A DNA stretch of 64,000 nt, taken from positions 1-64,000 of the forward strand of contig JAXGZF010000011.1 of the NCBI GenBank assembly GCA_040771865.1. The letters are read 5' to 3'. Numbering within the stretch: the stretch's first letter is position 1; each line of letters starts with the position of its first letter. The translations under genes and the position numbers were made by a program. Shown one piece after another: positions 29,492 through 39,575 of the stretch. This DNA comes from Desulfobacterales bacterium. Lineage in GTDB: Bacteria; Desulfobacterota; Desulfobacteria; Desulfobacterales; UBA2245. Under the pieces are notes generated by a model that did no database searches, had not been told where the DNA came from, and worked only from the letters and a program-made list of their open reading frames with translations.

Positions 29492-29687
29492 AGTCTCCCC
29501 CATTGCTTCGCTATCGTTGTAAAATTTAGAAGCCGTTCTTCCTGAGTCATGAAACCGGTTAAAAGATTTCGGTTTGCCGACAAATTGCCAGTGCAGTCCG
29601 TTCAATAAAAGGTCCATCCGTATATTAAATACAGAGATGATACAAATACATATTTATGATGCAATTTTATGGGAATATTGAGGAATT

Positions 29688-30098
29688 CTATGCTTGCGGG
29701 TCGGCGACCTGAAGCCCGGACAGGGGCTTGATATCGATGATGGGCGTGCCGTCGCGCATGTCCAGGCCTCTGACGCGAATCCGGCAGCCGTCAACGGATA
29801 GAACCTGAACCACGCTCATGCCCAGGGGGTTGGGCCGGACCGGAGAGCAGGTGCTGAACACGCCCCGGGGCGCATTCCGGTGAGGCGGTTTCTGAATGAG
29901 AAGGTCTTTGGTGAAGGAAGGGCTCTGGTGAAAAATGAAAAACACCAGAATCCGCTCCTGGGCAACGATGTCTTTCAGGCCTGAAGCATAGGCCGGGTCG
30001 ATCTCAAGCCAGCCCTCGACCTCCGATACGCTCCAGTGCCGGGGGAGGGTCCGGCTTTCCGTGCGGACCACGCCGATGGGATGAAATTCGATTTTCAT
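29688..30098 (-). CDS. tsaA: tRNA t6A37 N6-methyltransferase TrmO/TsaA family
   Basis: FHPIGVV, RGVFSTCSPVRPNPLGMS, GLDMRDGTPIIDIKP. Confidence 0.88.
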   Translation of the reverse strand: MKIEFHPIGVVRTESRTLPRHWSVSEVEGWLEIDPAYASGLKDIVAQERILVFFIFHQSPSFTKDLLIQKPPHRNAPRGVFSTCSPVRPNPLGMSVVQVLSVDGCRIRVRGLDMRDGTPIIDIKPLSGLQVADPQA

Positions 30099-30105
30099 GA
30101 CGGTC

Positions 30106-31494
30106 TCATATCTTTTCCAGCCTGGCAACCGCTTCGATGTGAAAGGTATGGGGAAACATGTCCACCGGCTGAACCTCGAGAATTCTGTACCGCTCCTTGA
30201 GCTCCGCCAGATCCCGTGCCAGGGTGGCCGGGTTGCAGGAAACATATATGATTCTTTCAGGTCCCATGGCAAGCACCTGTTGGACGACGTCCTTGTGCAT
30301 GCCCACCCGGGGCGGATCGATGATCATCACCTCGGGCCGCGCATCGATGCGGGGAAGACAGTCCTTCATATCTCCCTGAACAAAGGCGCAGTTTGAAATC
30401 CGGTTTCGCGCGCAGTTCCTGACGGCGTCCGCCACCGCACTGGGCGCCACCTCGATGCCGAAGACCCGTGCGGCCCGGTCCGACAGGCAGATGGCGATGC
30501 TTCCGGTTCCGCAGTATAGATCCAGAACGGTTTCCGTTCCGCGAAGATCGGCGTACTGCCGGACCGTATCGTAGAGCCGGCCCGCCCCGCGGGTATTGGT
30601 CTGGAAAAAGGAGTTGGCCGATATTTCGAATTCATAGGAACCGATGGCGTCCACGATGGTCGGGCTTCCCGCCAGACAATGCTCGGACTCGCCCAAAGAG
30701 ACGGCGGCCCTGCCGGCCGTGACGTTGTTGACCACCGAAACCACGCTGCCATATTCTGTGGAAAGCCGGTCGGCCAGGGGCTGAAGAATTCTGGAATCCC
30801 GCGCGGAGGTCACGATATTGACCATCCACTGATTCCTGGCCACGGAATGCCGAAGCATGAGAAACCGCCAGAATCCGGCGTGAGACCGAAGTCCGTAGGC
30901 CGGAGCGCCGGAGGATTTCATGTACCCGCGCACCTCGGCCAGCAGCCGGTTGCCGAACGCCGGCTGAAGCAGGCAGGCCTCGGTGTCCAGAACCCGGTCA
31001 AAGGTTCCGGGCACATGAAGTCCCAGGGCGAAATCCATGTCCGGTCTTTCCTGCCCCATCTCGCCGGGAAGCAGCCAGCGCCGGTCCGAGCAGGAAAATT
31101 CCATCTTGTTTCGGTATTCAAAGATCCGCTCCGATCCGATGGCCGGATTCACGACAACGTCCGAGACCAGCCCGATATGGGCCAGACAATCGGCCACATG
31201 ACGGCGTTTGAATTCAAGCTGCTTTTCGTACCGGAGAAACTGAAGTTTGCATCCTCCGCAGAAGCCGCTGTATGGACAGGGCGGAGTGATCCGGTCAACC
31301 GACGGCGACAGCAGGGTTTCCACCCGGGCCTCGGCGTACTGCTTTTTTTTTCGGACGATTCTGGCCAGAACCCGGTCTCCGGCAACGGTCTGATCCACGA
31401 ACACGACCATGCCGTCGATTCTGGCCAGCCCTTTTCCGCCAAAGGCGATGTCCAGAATATCCAGCTCAAACAGCTGTCCTTTTTTCACCTGCAT
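30106..31494 (-). CDS. rlmD: 23S rRNA m5U1939 methyltransferase
   Basis: TRAM domain, CPYSGFCGGC, SFFQTN, LDLYCGTG, IDPPR, YVSCNPATLARD, DMFPHT. Confidence 0.93.
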   Translation of the reverse strand: MQVKKGQLFELDILDIAFGGKGLARIDGMVVFVDQTVAGDRVLARIVRKKKQYAEARVETLLSPSVDRITPPCPYSGFCGGCKLQFLRYEKQLEFKRRHVADCLAHIGLVSDVVVNPAIGSERIFEYRNKMEFSCSDRRWLLPGEMGQERPDMDFALGLHVPGTFDRVLDTEACLLQPAFGNRLLAEVRGYMKSSGAPAYGLRSHAGFWRFLMLRHSVARNQWMVNIVTSARDSRILQPLADRLSTEYGSVVSVVNNVTAGRAAVSLGESEHCLAGSPTIVDAIGSYEFEISANSFFQTNTRGAGRLYDTVRQYADLRGTETVLDLYCGTGSIAICLSDRAARVFGIEVAPSAVADAVRNCARNRISNCAFVQGDMKDCLPRIDARPEVMIIDPPRVGMHKDVVQQVLAMGPERIIYVSCNPATLARDLAELKERYRILEVQPVDMFPHTFHIEAVARLEKI

Positions 31495-31629
31495 AAAAAA
31501 CCCTGAAATTTCATGATGCTGCCGCAAAATGGGTTCGGTCCGTCTTCCGGAGCCTTGAATCCGCAAGTCGACAGAAAACGAATATGTCTGTATAATGGCA
31601 AAAAATCCTCAACGCAAGGAAACCTTGAA

Positions 31630-32376
31630 ATGCCGCAGACATTTGCCATTGAAAAAATCACATTCATGTCCGACGGCTTCCGGCTCACCGGGGCGCTGCA
31701 CCTTCCTGCGGCCCACAATCCTCCGCTGATTGTGGGGGCCCACGGCCTGATGAGCAGCGGCGAATCTCCCAAACAGATCGCCCTGGCCCGCCGGTGCAAC
31801 GAACTCGGCATGGCGTTTTTCCGGTTCAATCACCGGGGGTGCCTGGACAGCCAGGGGGATTTCAGAAAGGACACCACCTTTGAATCCCGGCGCCGGGACC
31901 TGGAATGCGCCGTTGAAGCGGTTCGAGCCAAAGCCGGTTTCCCGGACCGGCTGGGACTTTTCGGAAGCAGCCTGGGAGGAGCGGTCTGCCTCCATGCGGC
32001 CGCAAATCTTTCCATCCAGGCGCTGGTCGTCACGGCCGCTCCGATTCGAAACCGGGCCATTGCCGACGATGCCGCCGGACGCGGCAATCTGGAGGTTGAC
32101 CCGGAATTCTACCGCAACAACATCCGCTTCGACCTTTCCGAAGCCCTTGCCGCTATATCCCGGATCCTGATATTTCACGGGGATCAGGACGAAATTGTGC
32201 CCGTATCCAGCGGCCGGGAGATCTACGCCAAAGTCGGCGAACCGAAAAAACTCATTGTTCTGCCCGAGGGCGACCATCTGATGAGCCGCAGGGATCATCA
32301 GGAACGGTTCATACGCGAGGCCGTTCTGTGGTTTGAACGGTTTCTGATTCCGGGTCATGAAGCGGAAACCGAGTAG
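31630..32376 (+). CDS. Alpha/beta hydrolase
   Basis: HG, GSSLGG nucleophile elbow, HGDQDEIVP, GDH. Confidence 0.85.
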   Translation: MPQTFAIEKITFMSDGFRLTGALHLPAAHNPPLIVGAHGLMSSGESPKQIALARRCNELGMAFFRFNHRGCLDSQGDFRKDTTFESRRRDLECAVEAVRAKAGFPDRLGLFGSSLGGAVCLHAAANLSIQALVVTAAPIRNRAIADDAAGRGNLEVDPEFYRNNIRFDLSEALAAISRILIFHGDQDEIVPVSSGREIYAKVGEPKKLIVLPEGDHLMSRRDHQERFIREAVLWFERFLIPGHEAETE

Positions 32377-32391
32377 AAACGCCAGGCGGGC

Positions 32392-33645
32392 TCAGGTTTT
32401 CAGCAGCATTGAAAGCGATCTTCTCAGCTGATCCAGGGCCTTCATGGCAAAAACCTGCTTGTTGCGGGTCCGGTCAGCAAAGTCCAGGCAATAGCGCCAG
32501 GCGACAACCTCCTTCGGACCGGCAAATCCGATGCATACCGTGCCCACGGGTTTTTCCGGGCTCCCCCCGTCCGGCCCGGCAATGCCGGTCGTGGAAACGG
32601 CATAGTCGGCTCCTGAGATGCGTCGAGCTCCCCGGGCCATTTCCATGGCGGTCTGTTCCGAAACCGCGCCGAATCGATCCAGAGTCTTCCGGCTTACGCC
32701 CAGAACCTTCATTTTGGCCTCATTGCTGTAAGTCACGCCGGAAAACAGAAAATAGTCCGAACTGCCGGCGACCTCGGTCAGAAGGTGGGATATGAGTCCG
32801 CCGGTGCAGCTTTCGGAAACGGCGAGCGTCGCGTTTTGAGCCCTTAAAAGATTTCCGACAACCGCCTCCATGGAAAATCCGTTCCTGGAAAACACGTAAT
32901 CCCCGATGATCGAGCAGACCTGTTCCGCGGCCTTGTCCAGGTTTTCCTCGAGCTCCGCCCGGTCCAGAGCGCGGCCGTAGAGCTTGACCTGAACCTCGGG
33001 GAAAACGGACCGCAGTCCGAGCCGGACGCCCTGAAACGATTCTTCCAGAACGGCCAGACGCTCTCCGATAACCGGTTCCGGCAGGCCAAAGACGCAAAGC
33101 GACCGGACGGCAAACACCTGATTGTCCGTTCGCAGCCGTGCGATTCGAGGCAGCACCGCATCGTGCATCATTCGCATCATCTCGGAGGGAACGCCGGGAA
33201 GAAAGAAGAAAGTGCATCGTCGAAACCGGAACATGAAGCCCGGCGCCGTTCCGGTCGGGTTGTACAGCATTTCGGCGCCCTCAGGCAGCCAGGCCTGTTT
33301 CTCGTTGGACGAAGACATCTTCCGGTTCCGGCGGTGGAAGAATTCCGTTACATTCTCCATGGCCTTTAAATCCAGTTTCAGGTTTACTCCGAATGCCCGG
33401 GCCGCAGCCGAGGCGGTCAGATCGTCTCCGGTCGGCCCCAGGCCGCCGGTTACCACGGCAAAATCGGCCGCAGGAGCGATCATTCTCAGGCTTTCGGCAA
33501 TCTTTTCCACATCATCGCCCACGCACAGATGCCGGGCCACCTCGATTCCCCGGGCCTCGAAACACTGCGCGATATAAGCCGCATTGGTGTCGGTCACGGC
33601 CCCGGAACGGACCTCCTCTCCCGTAGACAGAATTTCAGCGATCAT
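32392..33645 (-). CDS. cinA: Competence/damage-inducible protein CinA (MocF-like + PncC NMN deamidase)
   Basis: TGGLGPTGDDLT, LPGVPSEM, SESCTGG, TGIAGPDGG. Confidence 0.92.
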   Translation of the reverse strand: MIAEILSTGEEVRSGAVTDTNAAYIAQCFEARGIEVARHLCVGDDVEKIAESLRMIAPAADFAVVTGGLGPTGDDLTASAAARAFGVNLKLDLKAMENVTEFFHRRNRKMSSSNEKQAWLPEGAEMLYNPTGTAPGFMFRFRRCTFFFLPGVPSEMMRMMHDAVLPRIARLRTDNQVFAVRSLCVFGLPEPVIGERLAVLEESFQGVRLGLRSVFPEVQVKLYGRALDRAELEENLDKAAEQVCSIIGDYVFSRNGFSMEAVVGNLLRAQNATLAVSESCTGGLISHLLTEVAGSSDYFLFSGVTYSNEAKMKVLGVSRKTLDRFGAVSEQTAMEMARGARRISGADYAVSTTGIAGPDGGSPEKPVGTVCIGFAGPKEVVAWRYCLDFADRTRNKQVFAMKALDQLRRSLSMLLKT

Positions 33646-33688
33646 TTTTTCTCCCTGCTTGCGGAACGTTGCCGATCCGATCTTTTAG

Positions 33689-33966
33689 CAGGCTGCTGAA
33701 AAGCCATTGCGACAGAGCATTTGATTTGCCGGGAAGGGCTCGAAGCGCACGAAGGGTTAGCGGAATGAAGACCTTTATTTTTGTGTTTTGTATGACTGGA
33801 TTCATATCCGCAGGCAATCAATACTGCTTCAAACTTGACGTTCTTCATGAACTTCATGGTTCATCATTCTTTTTCTTCGTGGACATTGTGGACTTCGTGG
33901 TGAAGCACTTCTCTTCAATCTTCGTGTTCTCTGTGAACATCGTGGTCTTGGTTTTTCAGCAGCCTG
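33689..33966. mobile_element. MITE-like element with related TIRs and internal nonamer repeats
   Basis: CAGGCTGCTGAAAA...TTTTTCAGCAGCCTG. Internal CTTCGTGGA/CATTGTGGA/CTTCGTGGT/CTTCGTGTT units. Confidence 0.7.
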
Positions 33967-34231
33967 TATTGACATTGTCATAAATCAAGCCCGAAACAAA
34001 ATACGCCTTTCCAAAATCTATGTCACCTGAAAAATCATGTTTTGGAAGCCGTTTATCCGGCTTCGATATACTGTTCATTTGGCTTTACTCGTTGAATTTG
34101 CTATAATTTTGTGTATTGTGTAAAAAGTTCGATTTCTGGTTGCGCTGCATTCCTCCATAACGACAAATTGTCGCGACCGGCATTTTTCAGTCGCCATGAA
34201 TTAACCCTTCATAGAGAGGCGGGTCTGGTTT

Positions 34232-35110
34232 ATGAAACTTCTGGTATGCATCAACGGCCATCCGGGCGGACTGGAGGCGGCCCGAACCGCCGGAAGAATT
34301 CTGCGGTTTCAAGCCGGCCAGGTTTGTTTTCTCTACGTCCGGCGATCCGGACACCGAAGCCGGGGCCTCAACTACGCGAAAAGGATGTCACAGGTTATCG
34401 CCTCAATTCAGGCGCCTTTTTCTGAATTCCACCATCTGGCCGAAGCGCAGAAAGTTTTTTATGAAGCGAGCGGACCCATGCCGAATGCGGGAACGGCTTC
34501 AAGCCGCCGGGAAGCCCTGATCCAGGTCGGCAACGGGATATTTGAAAGGGCAACGGTGGATATCTCCGCATCGGATGTCGTTACCTCCCGCGTTCGGGAA
34601 GGATTCCCCCATGAAGAAATTCTCAAGGAGGCCGGCGAACAGGCTTATGATCTGATCCTTCTGGGTGGGCGCCGTTCCGACTCCTGCAACTGGTTTGATC
34701 CTGAGAACATTCCGCTGAGCGTTCTGAAAAAGAGCCCGTGCCCGGTTCTGGCGGTACAGAAGCCGATTCCCGAACACGGCGCCTTTCTCATCATGCCCGG
34801 AACGCTCGATCTTTCCGCCGTTCACTGGCGAATGATATCCGATCTTGCCCTCGCATTTGACTGCAATCTTCACATTTTAAGCACATCGGAAGAAACACAT
34901 GAAGACAGGCAAATTCCTTCCGGTTTCAACTCGAAGATTGCCCTCTCCCGGATGGTTGCGGACAGAGATCCGCTTCGATTTGTCGCCGAGCGCAAAGACG
35001 CATACGGACTTTACATCTGTCCTTCGAAGCGATCCGTCTTTTTTTCCAGCATCAGCCGGCATGCAGAAAAAATTTTCTGTCTCGGGCTCAACACTCTGGC
35101 GCTCCGATAA
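34232..35110 (+). CDS. Universal stress protein family
   Basis: MKLLVCING, REGFPHEEIL, YDLILLG, SPCPVLAV. Confidence 0.8.
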   Translation: MKLLVCINGHPGGLEAARTAGRILRFQAGQVCFLYVRRSGHRSRGLNYAKRMSQVIASIQAPFSEFHHLAEAQKVFYEASGPMPNAGTASSRREALIQVGNGIFERATVDISASDVVTSRVREGFPHEEILKEAGEQAYDLILLGGRRSDSCNWFDPENIPLSVLKKSPCPVLAVQKPIPEHGAFLIMPGTLDLSAVHWRMISDLALAFDCNLHILSTSEETHEDRQIPSGFNSKIALSRMVADRDPLRFVAERKDAYGLYICPSKRSVFFSSISRHAEKIFCLGLNTLALR

Positions 35111-35113
35111 TCT

Positions 35114-35235
35114 TTGACGGGTGCACAACAAGTCCGATTCCCGCGTTTCGCTGCATCCCGCGTCGTTGCGGCATACGGTGAGCGGATCTTGTTCCCCGTA
35201 ATTTGCAAAGCCTTGAACTTAAACTTTATACTTTG
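35114..35235 (+). repeat. Degenerate palindromic intergenic repeat (family 2)
   Basis: GACGG..AAGTCC..CGCTGCATCCC..TTGTTCC..ATTTGC..GCCTTGAACTTAAACTTT. Aligns with 40982-41107. Confidence 0.6.
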
Positions 35236-35426
35236 AAATCTAAGCGCCTTGACTTATTAATATATCGTCGTCTTTGCCGTTCCGGAATCGAGGTTCATCA
35301 ATATGAAGGAAATTTGTTTAATTGATCGCTTCCAAAAAATTGACGCATCCTCGAATTTTTGTTAAAGTTCTTGAATTCACCCAGCGTCTCTCGGCAAACG
35401 ACCCTTTTGGAAAGGAGACATGCACC

Positions 35427-35981
35427 ATGCCCGAACAGATAGAACACATTGCCCTGCGCATACGGGATCTGCGCGAAATATCCGGTTATTCCATTGAAAC
35501 CCTGGCCAGGGAGTTTGGCGTTTCGGTGGAGACCTACCAGGCCTATGAAAGCGGAAAGACGGACATTCCCGTCGGTTTTCTGCACAAGGCGGCCGCCCGT
35601 TTCGGCGTGGACCTGACCACCCTGCTCACCGGCCAGGACCCCAGGCTTCATATCTATTCTCTGGTCCGAAAAGGACAGGGACTGAGCGTGGAGCGCCGCA
35701 AGCAGTACAAGTACCAGAATCTGGCGTACAATTTCATTCACAAGAAGGCCGAGCCCTTCCTTGTGACCGTGGAGCCGGAATCCGCAAACACCCCCTTTCA
35801 TTTCAACAGTCATCCGGGTCAGGAATTCAACTACGTTCTGAAAGGCAGACTCAAGGTGATCATCAAGGACAATGAACTGATCCTGGAAGAGGGAGACTCT
35901 TTGTTTTTCGACTCCAACTACCCCCACGCGATGAAGGCCCTGGACAACCAGACAGCCGAATTTCTGGCGATAATTTTATAA
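35427..35981 (+). CDS. XRE-family HTH + cupin transcriptional regulator
   Basis: [45 protein letters not shown]. Upstream of an acyl-CoA synthetase. Confidence 0.9.
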   Translation: MPEQIEHIALRIRDLREISGYSIETLAREFGVSVETYQAYESGKTDIPVGFLHKAAARFGVDLTTLLTGQDPRLHIYSLVRKGQGLSVERRKQYKYQNLAYNFIHKKAEPFLVTVEPESANTPFHFNSHPGQEFNYVLKGRLKVIIKDNELILEEGDSLFFDSNYPHAMKALDNQTAEFLAIIL

Positions 35982-35995
35982 GCAAGATAAAGAGG

Positions 35996-37663
35996 ATGAC
36001 GATGCTGGAAAAATATCTTCCCCGCCTGACCTTCGATTCATATGAGGACTTCTACCAGAATTTTAAAATCAATGTTCCTGATAATTTCAATTTCGCGTTT
36101 GACGTGGTGGACGCCACCGCTGAAATTCGGCCCGACAAGCCGGCCATGGTCTGGTGCGACGACCAGGGCCATGAGGCCCGGTTTTCCTTTCAGCAGATGC
36201 GGCAGTACAGCAACAGGGCGGCCAATTTCTTTCGATCACTGGGCATTCAAAAGGGCGATGCGGTCATGCTGATCCTCAAGCGCCGGTATGAGTTCTGGTT
36301 CTGCCTGCTGGGGCTGCACAAGATCGGCGCCGTCGGCATTCCGGCCACCCATCTGCTGACCAGCAAGGATATCGCCTACCGAAACAACTCGGCGGACATC
36401 AAGATGATCGTCACGGTCAACGAAGAAGGCATCTGCCGCGAGGTGGAAAACGCGGCAGACAAGTCCCCCTCCCTGAAACTTAAAGCGGTCGTGAGCGGCA
36501 ACCGGCCCGGGTGGATCGACATGGATGCCGGTCTGGCAAAGGCTTCCGATGTGTTTCTGCGTCCGACGGGGGATCAGGCCACATGCAACGACGATATTCT
36601 CCTGTTGTATTTCACATCCGGAACCACTGGAATGCCGAAAATGGTTCAGCTCAATCAAACCTATCCTCTAGGCCATATTCTAACGGCAAAATACTGGCAG
36701 AATGTGTCGGATGACGGACTGCATCTGACCGTGGCCGATACGGGATGGGCCAAGGCCGCATGGGGAAAGATATACGGCCAGTGGCTTTCCGGCAGCGCGG
36801 TATTTGTCTACGATTACGACAAGTTCGTTCCCAAAGCCCTGCTCGAGGTCATCGACCGTTACGGAATCACCACGTTCTGCGCGCCGCCGACCATCTACCG
36901 CTTCTTCATCAAGGAAGATCTCTCTCAGTTCCGTTTCGAGAAACTCCGGTACTGCGTCATCGCAGGAGAGCCGCTGAACCCCGAGGTCTACCATCAGTGG
37001 CTGAAGGCCACTAAAATCAAGCTGATGGAAGGATACGGCCAGACCGAAATGACCGTGGCAATCGGCAATTATCCCTGGTTCGACCCCAAACCCGGCTCCA
37101 TGGGGAAACCCTCGCCCGGATACGACATCGATATATTCGACGAGGACGGAAATTCGTGCACCGTGGGCGAAGAAGGCCAGATCGTCATTCAAACGGGCCA
37201 GAATGCGCCGATCGGCATGTTTGACGGGTATTACCGGGATCCAAAACTCACCCGCAAGGCCTGGAGAAACGGCATCTACTATACCGGAGACACGGCATGG
37301 CGCGATGAAAACGGCTTTCTCTGGTTTGTCGGCCGGGCCGACGATGTGATCAAAAGCTCCGGGTACCGTATCGGTCCCTTTGAAGTGGAAAGCGCGCTTC
37401 TGGAGCATCCGGCGGTTCTGGAATGCGCCATCACCGGCGTTCCGGATCCGGTTCGGGGCCAGGTCGTCAAGGCCACCGTGGTTCTTGCCAAGGATTACAC
37501 GCCCGGAGACGCCCTGGTCAAAGAACTTCAGGAGCATGTCAAGAAGGTAACGGCGCCGTACAAATACCCCAGAATCATTGACTTTGTCAGAGAACTGCCC
37601 AAAACCATCAGCGGCAAGATACGCCGTGTGGAAATCCGCGGAAAAGACGAGGAATCCGCTTAA
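35996..37663 (+). CDS. AMP-forming acetyl-/short-chain acyl-CoA synthetase
   Basis: [54 protein letters not shown]. Confidence 0.92.
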   Translation: MTMLEKYLPRLTFDSYEDFYQNFKINVPDNFNFAFDVVDATAEIRPDKPAMVWCDDQGHEARFSFQQMRQYSNRAANFFRSLGIQKGDAVMLILKRRYEFWFCLLGLHKIGAVGIPATHLLTSKDIAYRNNSADIKMIVTVNEEGICREVENAADKSPSLKLKAVVSGNRPGWIDMDAGLAKASDVFLRPTGDQATCNDDILLLYFTSGTTGMPKMVQLNQTYPLGHILTAKYWQNVSDDGLHLTVADTGWAKAAWGKIYGQWLSGSAVFVYDYDKFVPKALLEVIDRYGITTFCAPPTIYRFFIKEDLSQFRFEKLRYCVIAGEPLNPEVYHQWLKATKIKLMEGYGQTEMTVAIGNYPWFDPKPGSMGKPSPGYDIDIFDEDGNSCTVGEEGQIVIQTGQNAPIGMFDGYYRDPKLTRKAWRNGIYYTGDTAWRDENGFLWFVGRADDVIKSSGYRIGPFEVESALLEHPAVLECAITGVPDPVRGQVVKATVVLAKDYTPGDALVKELQEHVKKVTAPYKYPRIIDFVRELPKTISGKIRRVEIRGKDEESA

Positions 37664-37687
37664 TCAATTTCGGCGCCTCCTGTAAAC

Positions 37688-37722
37688 CCGGGAAGCGGAT
37701 TCATCCGCTTCCCGGCATTTTT
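37688..37722 (+). terminator. Intrinsic terminator-like hairpin after the acyl-CoA synthetase
   Basis: CCGGGAAGCGGAT-TC-ATCCGCTTCCCGG followed by CATTTTT. Confidence 0.6.
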
Positions 37723-37739
37723 CCTTCCGGTTGAACGAC

Positions 37740-39392
37740 ATGCCCGATATTCTGCTGATCCAGCCGCCGATTCAGGACTTTTATCTCACCGCCAAAAGGA
37801 CCTTTCCCTACGGCCTGGCCTGCATGGCGGCCACGCTGCGTCAAGCCGGATTTTCCGTTGAAATACTCGACGCCCTGGCCGTCAACCGGTCCAAAATCAT
37901 TCCCTGGCCCGCCGAAATGGCGTATCTTAAAGAATTCTACGAACCGGCGGATGCATCGGCGTTTTGCCTGTTCAACTGCTTCCGGCATTATGGATACAGC
38001 TTCGAGCATATTGGAAGAATCGCCCGCGAATCCGGCGCCTTTCTGGTGGGAATCTCCTCTCTTTTTACCGCCTACAGCCGACAGGCCCTGGAAACAGCCC
38101 GAATCGTCAAGGCCTATCACCCGAACTGCAAGGTGGTAATCGGGGGACATCATCCCACGGCCCTTCCCCGTGAGACCCTCGACGAACCGGCCGTGGATTT
38201 CATCATTCGCGGAGAGGGTGAAATCTCCCTGCCGCTTCTCGCCCGGGCCCTTGAATCAGGCCAACCGGTAGACCGGATTCCCGGCATCGGCCTCCGCGCA
38301 TTCGACGGATCACTTCGAATATCGCCGCCCACTTTTGTCGCCGACATAGAGACAATCCCCCTGCCGGCGCTGGATCTGGTCAAACGGAATTTCTACCGCC
38401 GCAAAGACTTTTCCGCCGTGGTCGTGTCCAGCCGGGGATGCCCGATGCACTGCAGCTACTGTTCCATGGGTGCGAACTCACCTCTTCCGTATCGAAAAAG
38501 AAGCGTTCATTCGGTGCTGAAGGAGATCGAGAACGCCGTGCTGCGCTTCGGCGCAAGGTTCATAGACTTTGAAGACGAGAATCTTTCCCTGGACCGGAAG
38601 GAGTTTATATCGCTTCTCAGGTCGATTCAAAAGCGTTTCGGGCATCTGAATCCGGAGCTTCGAGCCATGAACGGTCTGTTTCCGCCCTCGTTGGACGACG
38701 AAACAATCTGCGCCATGAAGCAGGCCGGATTCAGGGTTCTGAATCTATCCCTGGGAACCCGTGATCCGGATCAGCTCAAACGGTTCAACCGGGCGGATGT
38801 CCGGAATTCCTTTGAGAACGCGCTGGATCTGGCTCCAAAATATGGTCTTGAAGCCGTCGGTTATATCATTGCCGGCGCGCCCGACCAAAAGGCGGAAACC
38901 TCGGTTTCCGACCTGCTTTATCTCGCCGGAAAGCGGATTCTGGCCGGCGTTTCCGTATTTTACCCGGCACCGGGAAGCGCCGATTTCAAACGTCTCGAGC
39001 AATCGGGCTCGCTTCCCGAATCGCTTTGTCTGATGCGTTCCAGCGCACTTCCATCAAATGACCCCGCCCGCCAAAAGGAAGCCGTCACCCTGCTCAGGCT
39101 CGGCCGGATTCTGAATTTCATCAAAAAACTCATTGATGACGGGAAAAAGATTCCCGAGCCTTCGGAATATTCAAAAAATGCTTCGGAAAAAATATCCGAC
39201 CCGGACAAAAGGCTTTTAAGCTGGTTTCTGAACGACGGGCGCATTCGGGGTATAACACCGGATGGCAGCCTGTTTGAACAAGCCGTCTCTCATCGGCTCA
39301 CGGAATTGTTCATCGACGGGCTGATGTCGCAGGAAATTCGGGGATGCCGGTCCACGGATTTCCTGCGCATCGGCCGGAAAATTTCGGGCTGA
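37740..39392 (+). CDS. B12-binding radical SAM protein
   Basis: PYGLAC, VIGGHHPT, RGEGE (B12-binding domain), SRGCPMHCSYC (CxxxCxxC). Confidence 0.88.
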   Translation: MPDILLIQPPIQDFYLTAKRTFPYGLACMAATLRQAGFSVEILDALAVNRSKIIPWPAEMAYLKEFYEPADASAFCLFNCFRHYGYSFEHIGRIARESGAFLVGISSLFTAYSRQALETARIVKAYHPNCKVVIGGHHPTALPRETLDEPAVDFIIRGEGEISLPLLARALESGQPVDRIPGIGLRAFDGSLRISPPTFVADIETIPLPALDLVKRNFYRRKDFSAVVVSSRGCPMHCSYCSMGANSPLPYRKRSVHSVLKEIENAVLRFGARFIDFEDENLSLDRKEFISLLRSIQKRFGHLNPELRAMNGLFPPSLDDETICAMKQAGFRVLNLSLGTRDPDQLKRFNRADVRNSFENALDLAPKYGLEAVGYIIAGAPDQKAETSVSDLLYLAGKRILAGVSVFYPAPGSADFKRLEQSGSLPESLCLMRSSALPSNDPARQKEAVTLLRLGRILNFIKKLIDDGKKIPEPSEYSKNASEKISDPDKRLLSWFLNDGRIRGITPDGSLFEQAVSHRLTELFIDGLMSQEIRGCRSTDFLRIGRKISG

Positions 39393-39575
39393 TTTCAAAA
39401 ACCATTAACTGATCTCATATTAGGGCTTTTATTTTTCTTTTTTTTTGATTAATACCACCACGGATATTCAACAGCAGGGAAACCGCTGGCCGTGTCCGCC
39501 AAAACCGGCCCTGAATCTTTCAGGCGTCGATAATGATTCGGGCGGCAAGATCACTTGATTCGACGGGAGAAAGGT

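Noticed and set aside
39400..39575. ZTP or PRPP riboswitch upstream of purF
   Set aside because: No conserved core sequences recognised.
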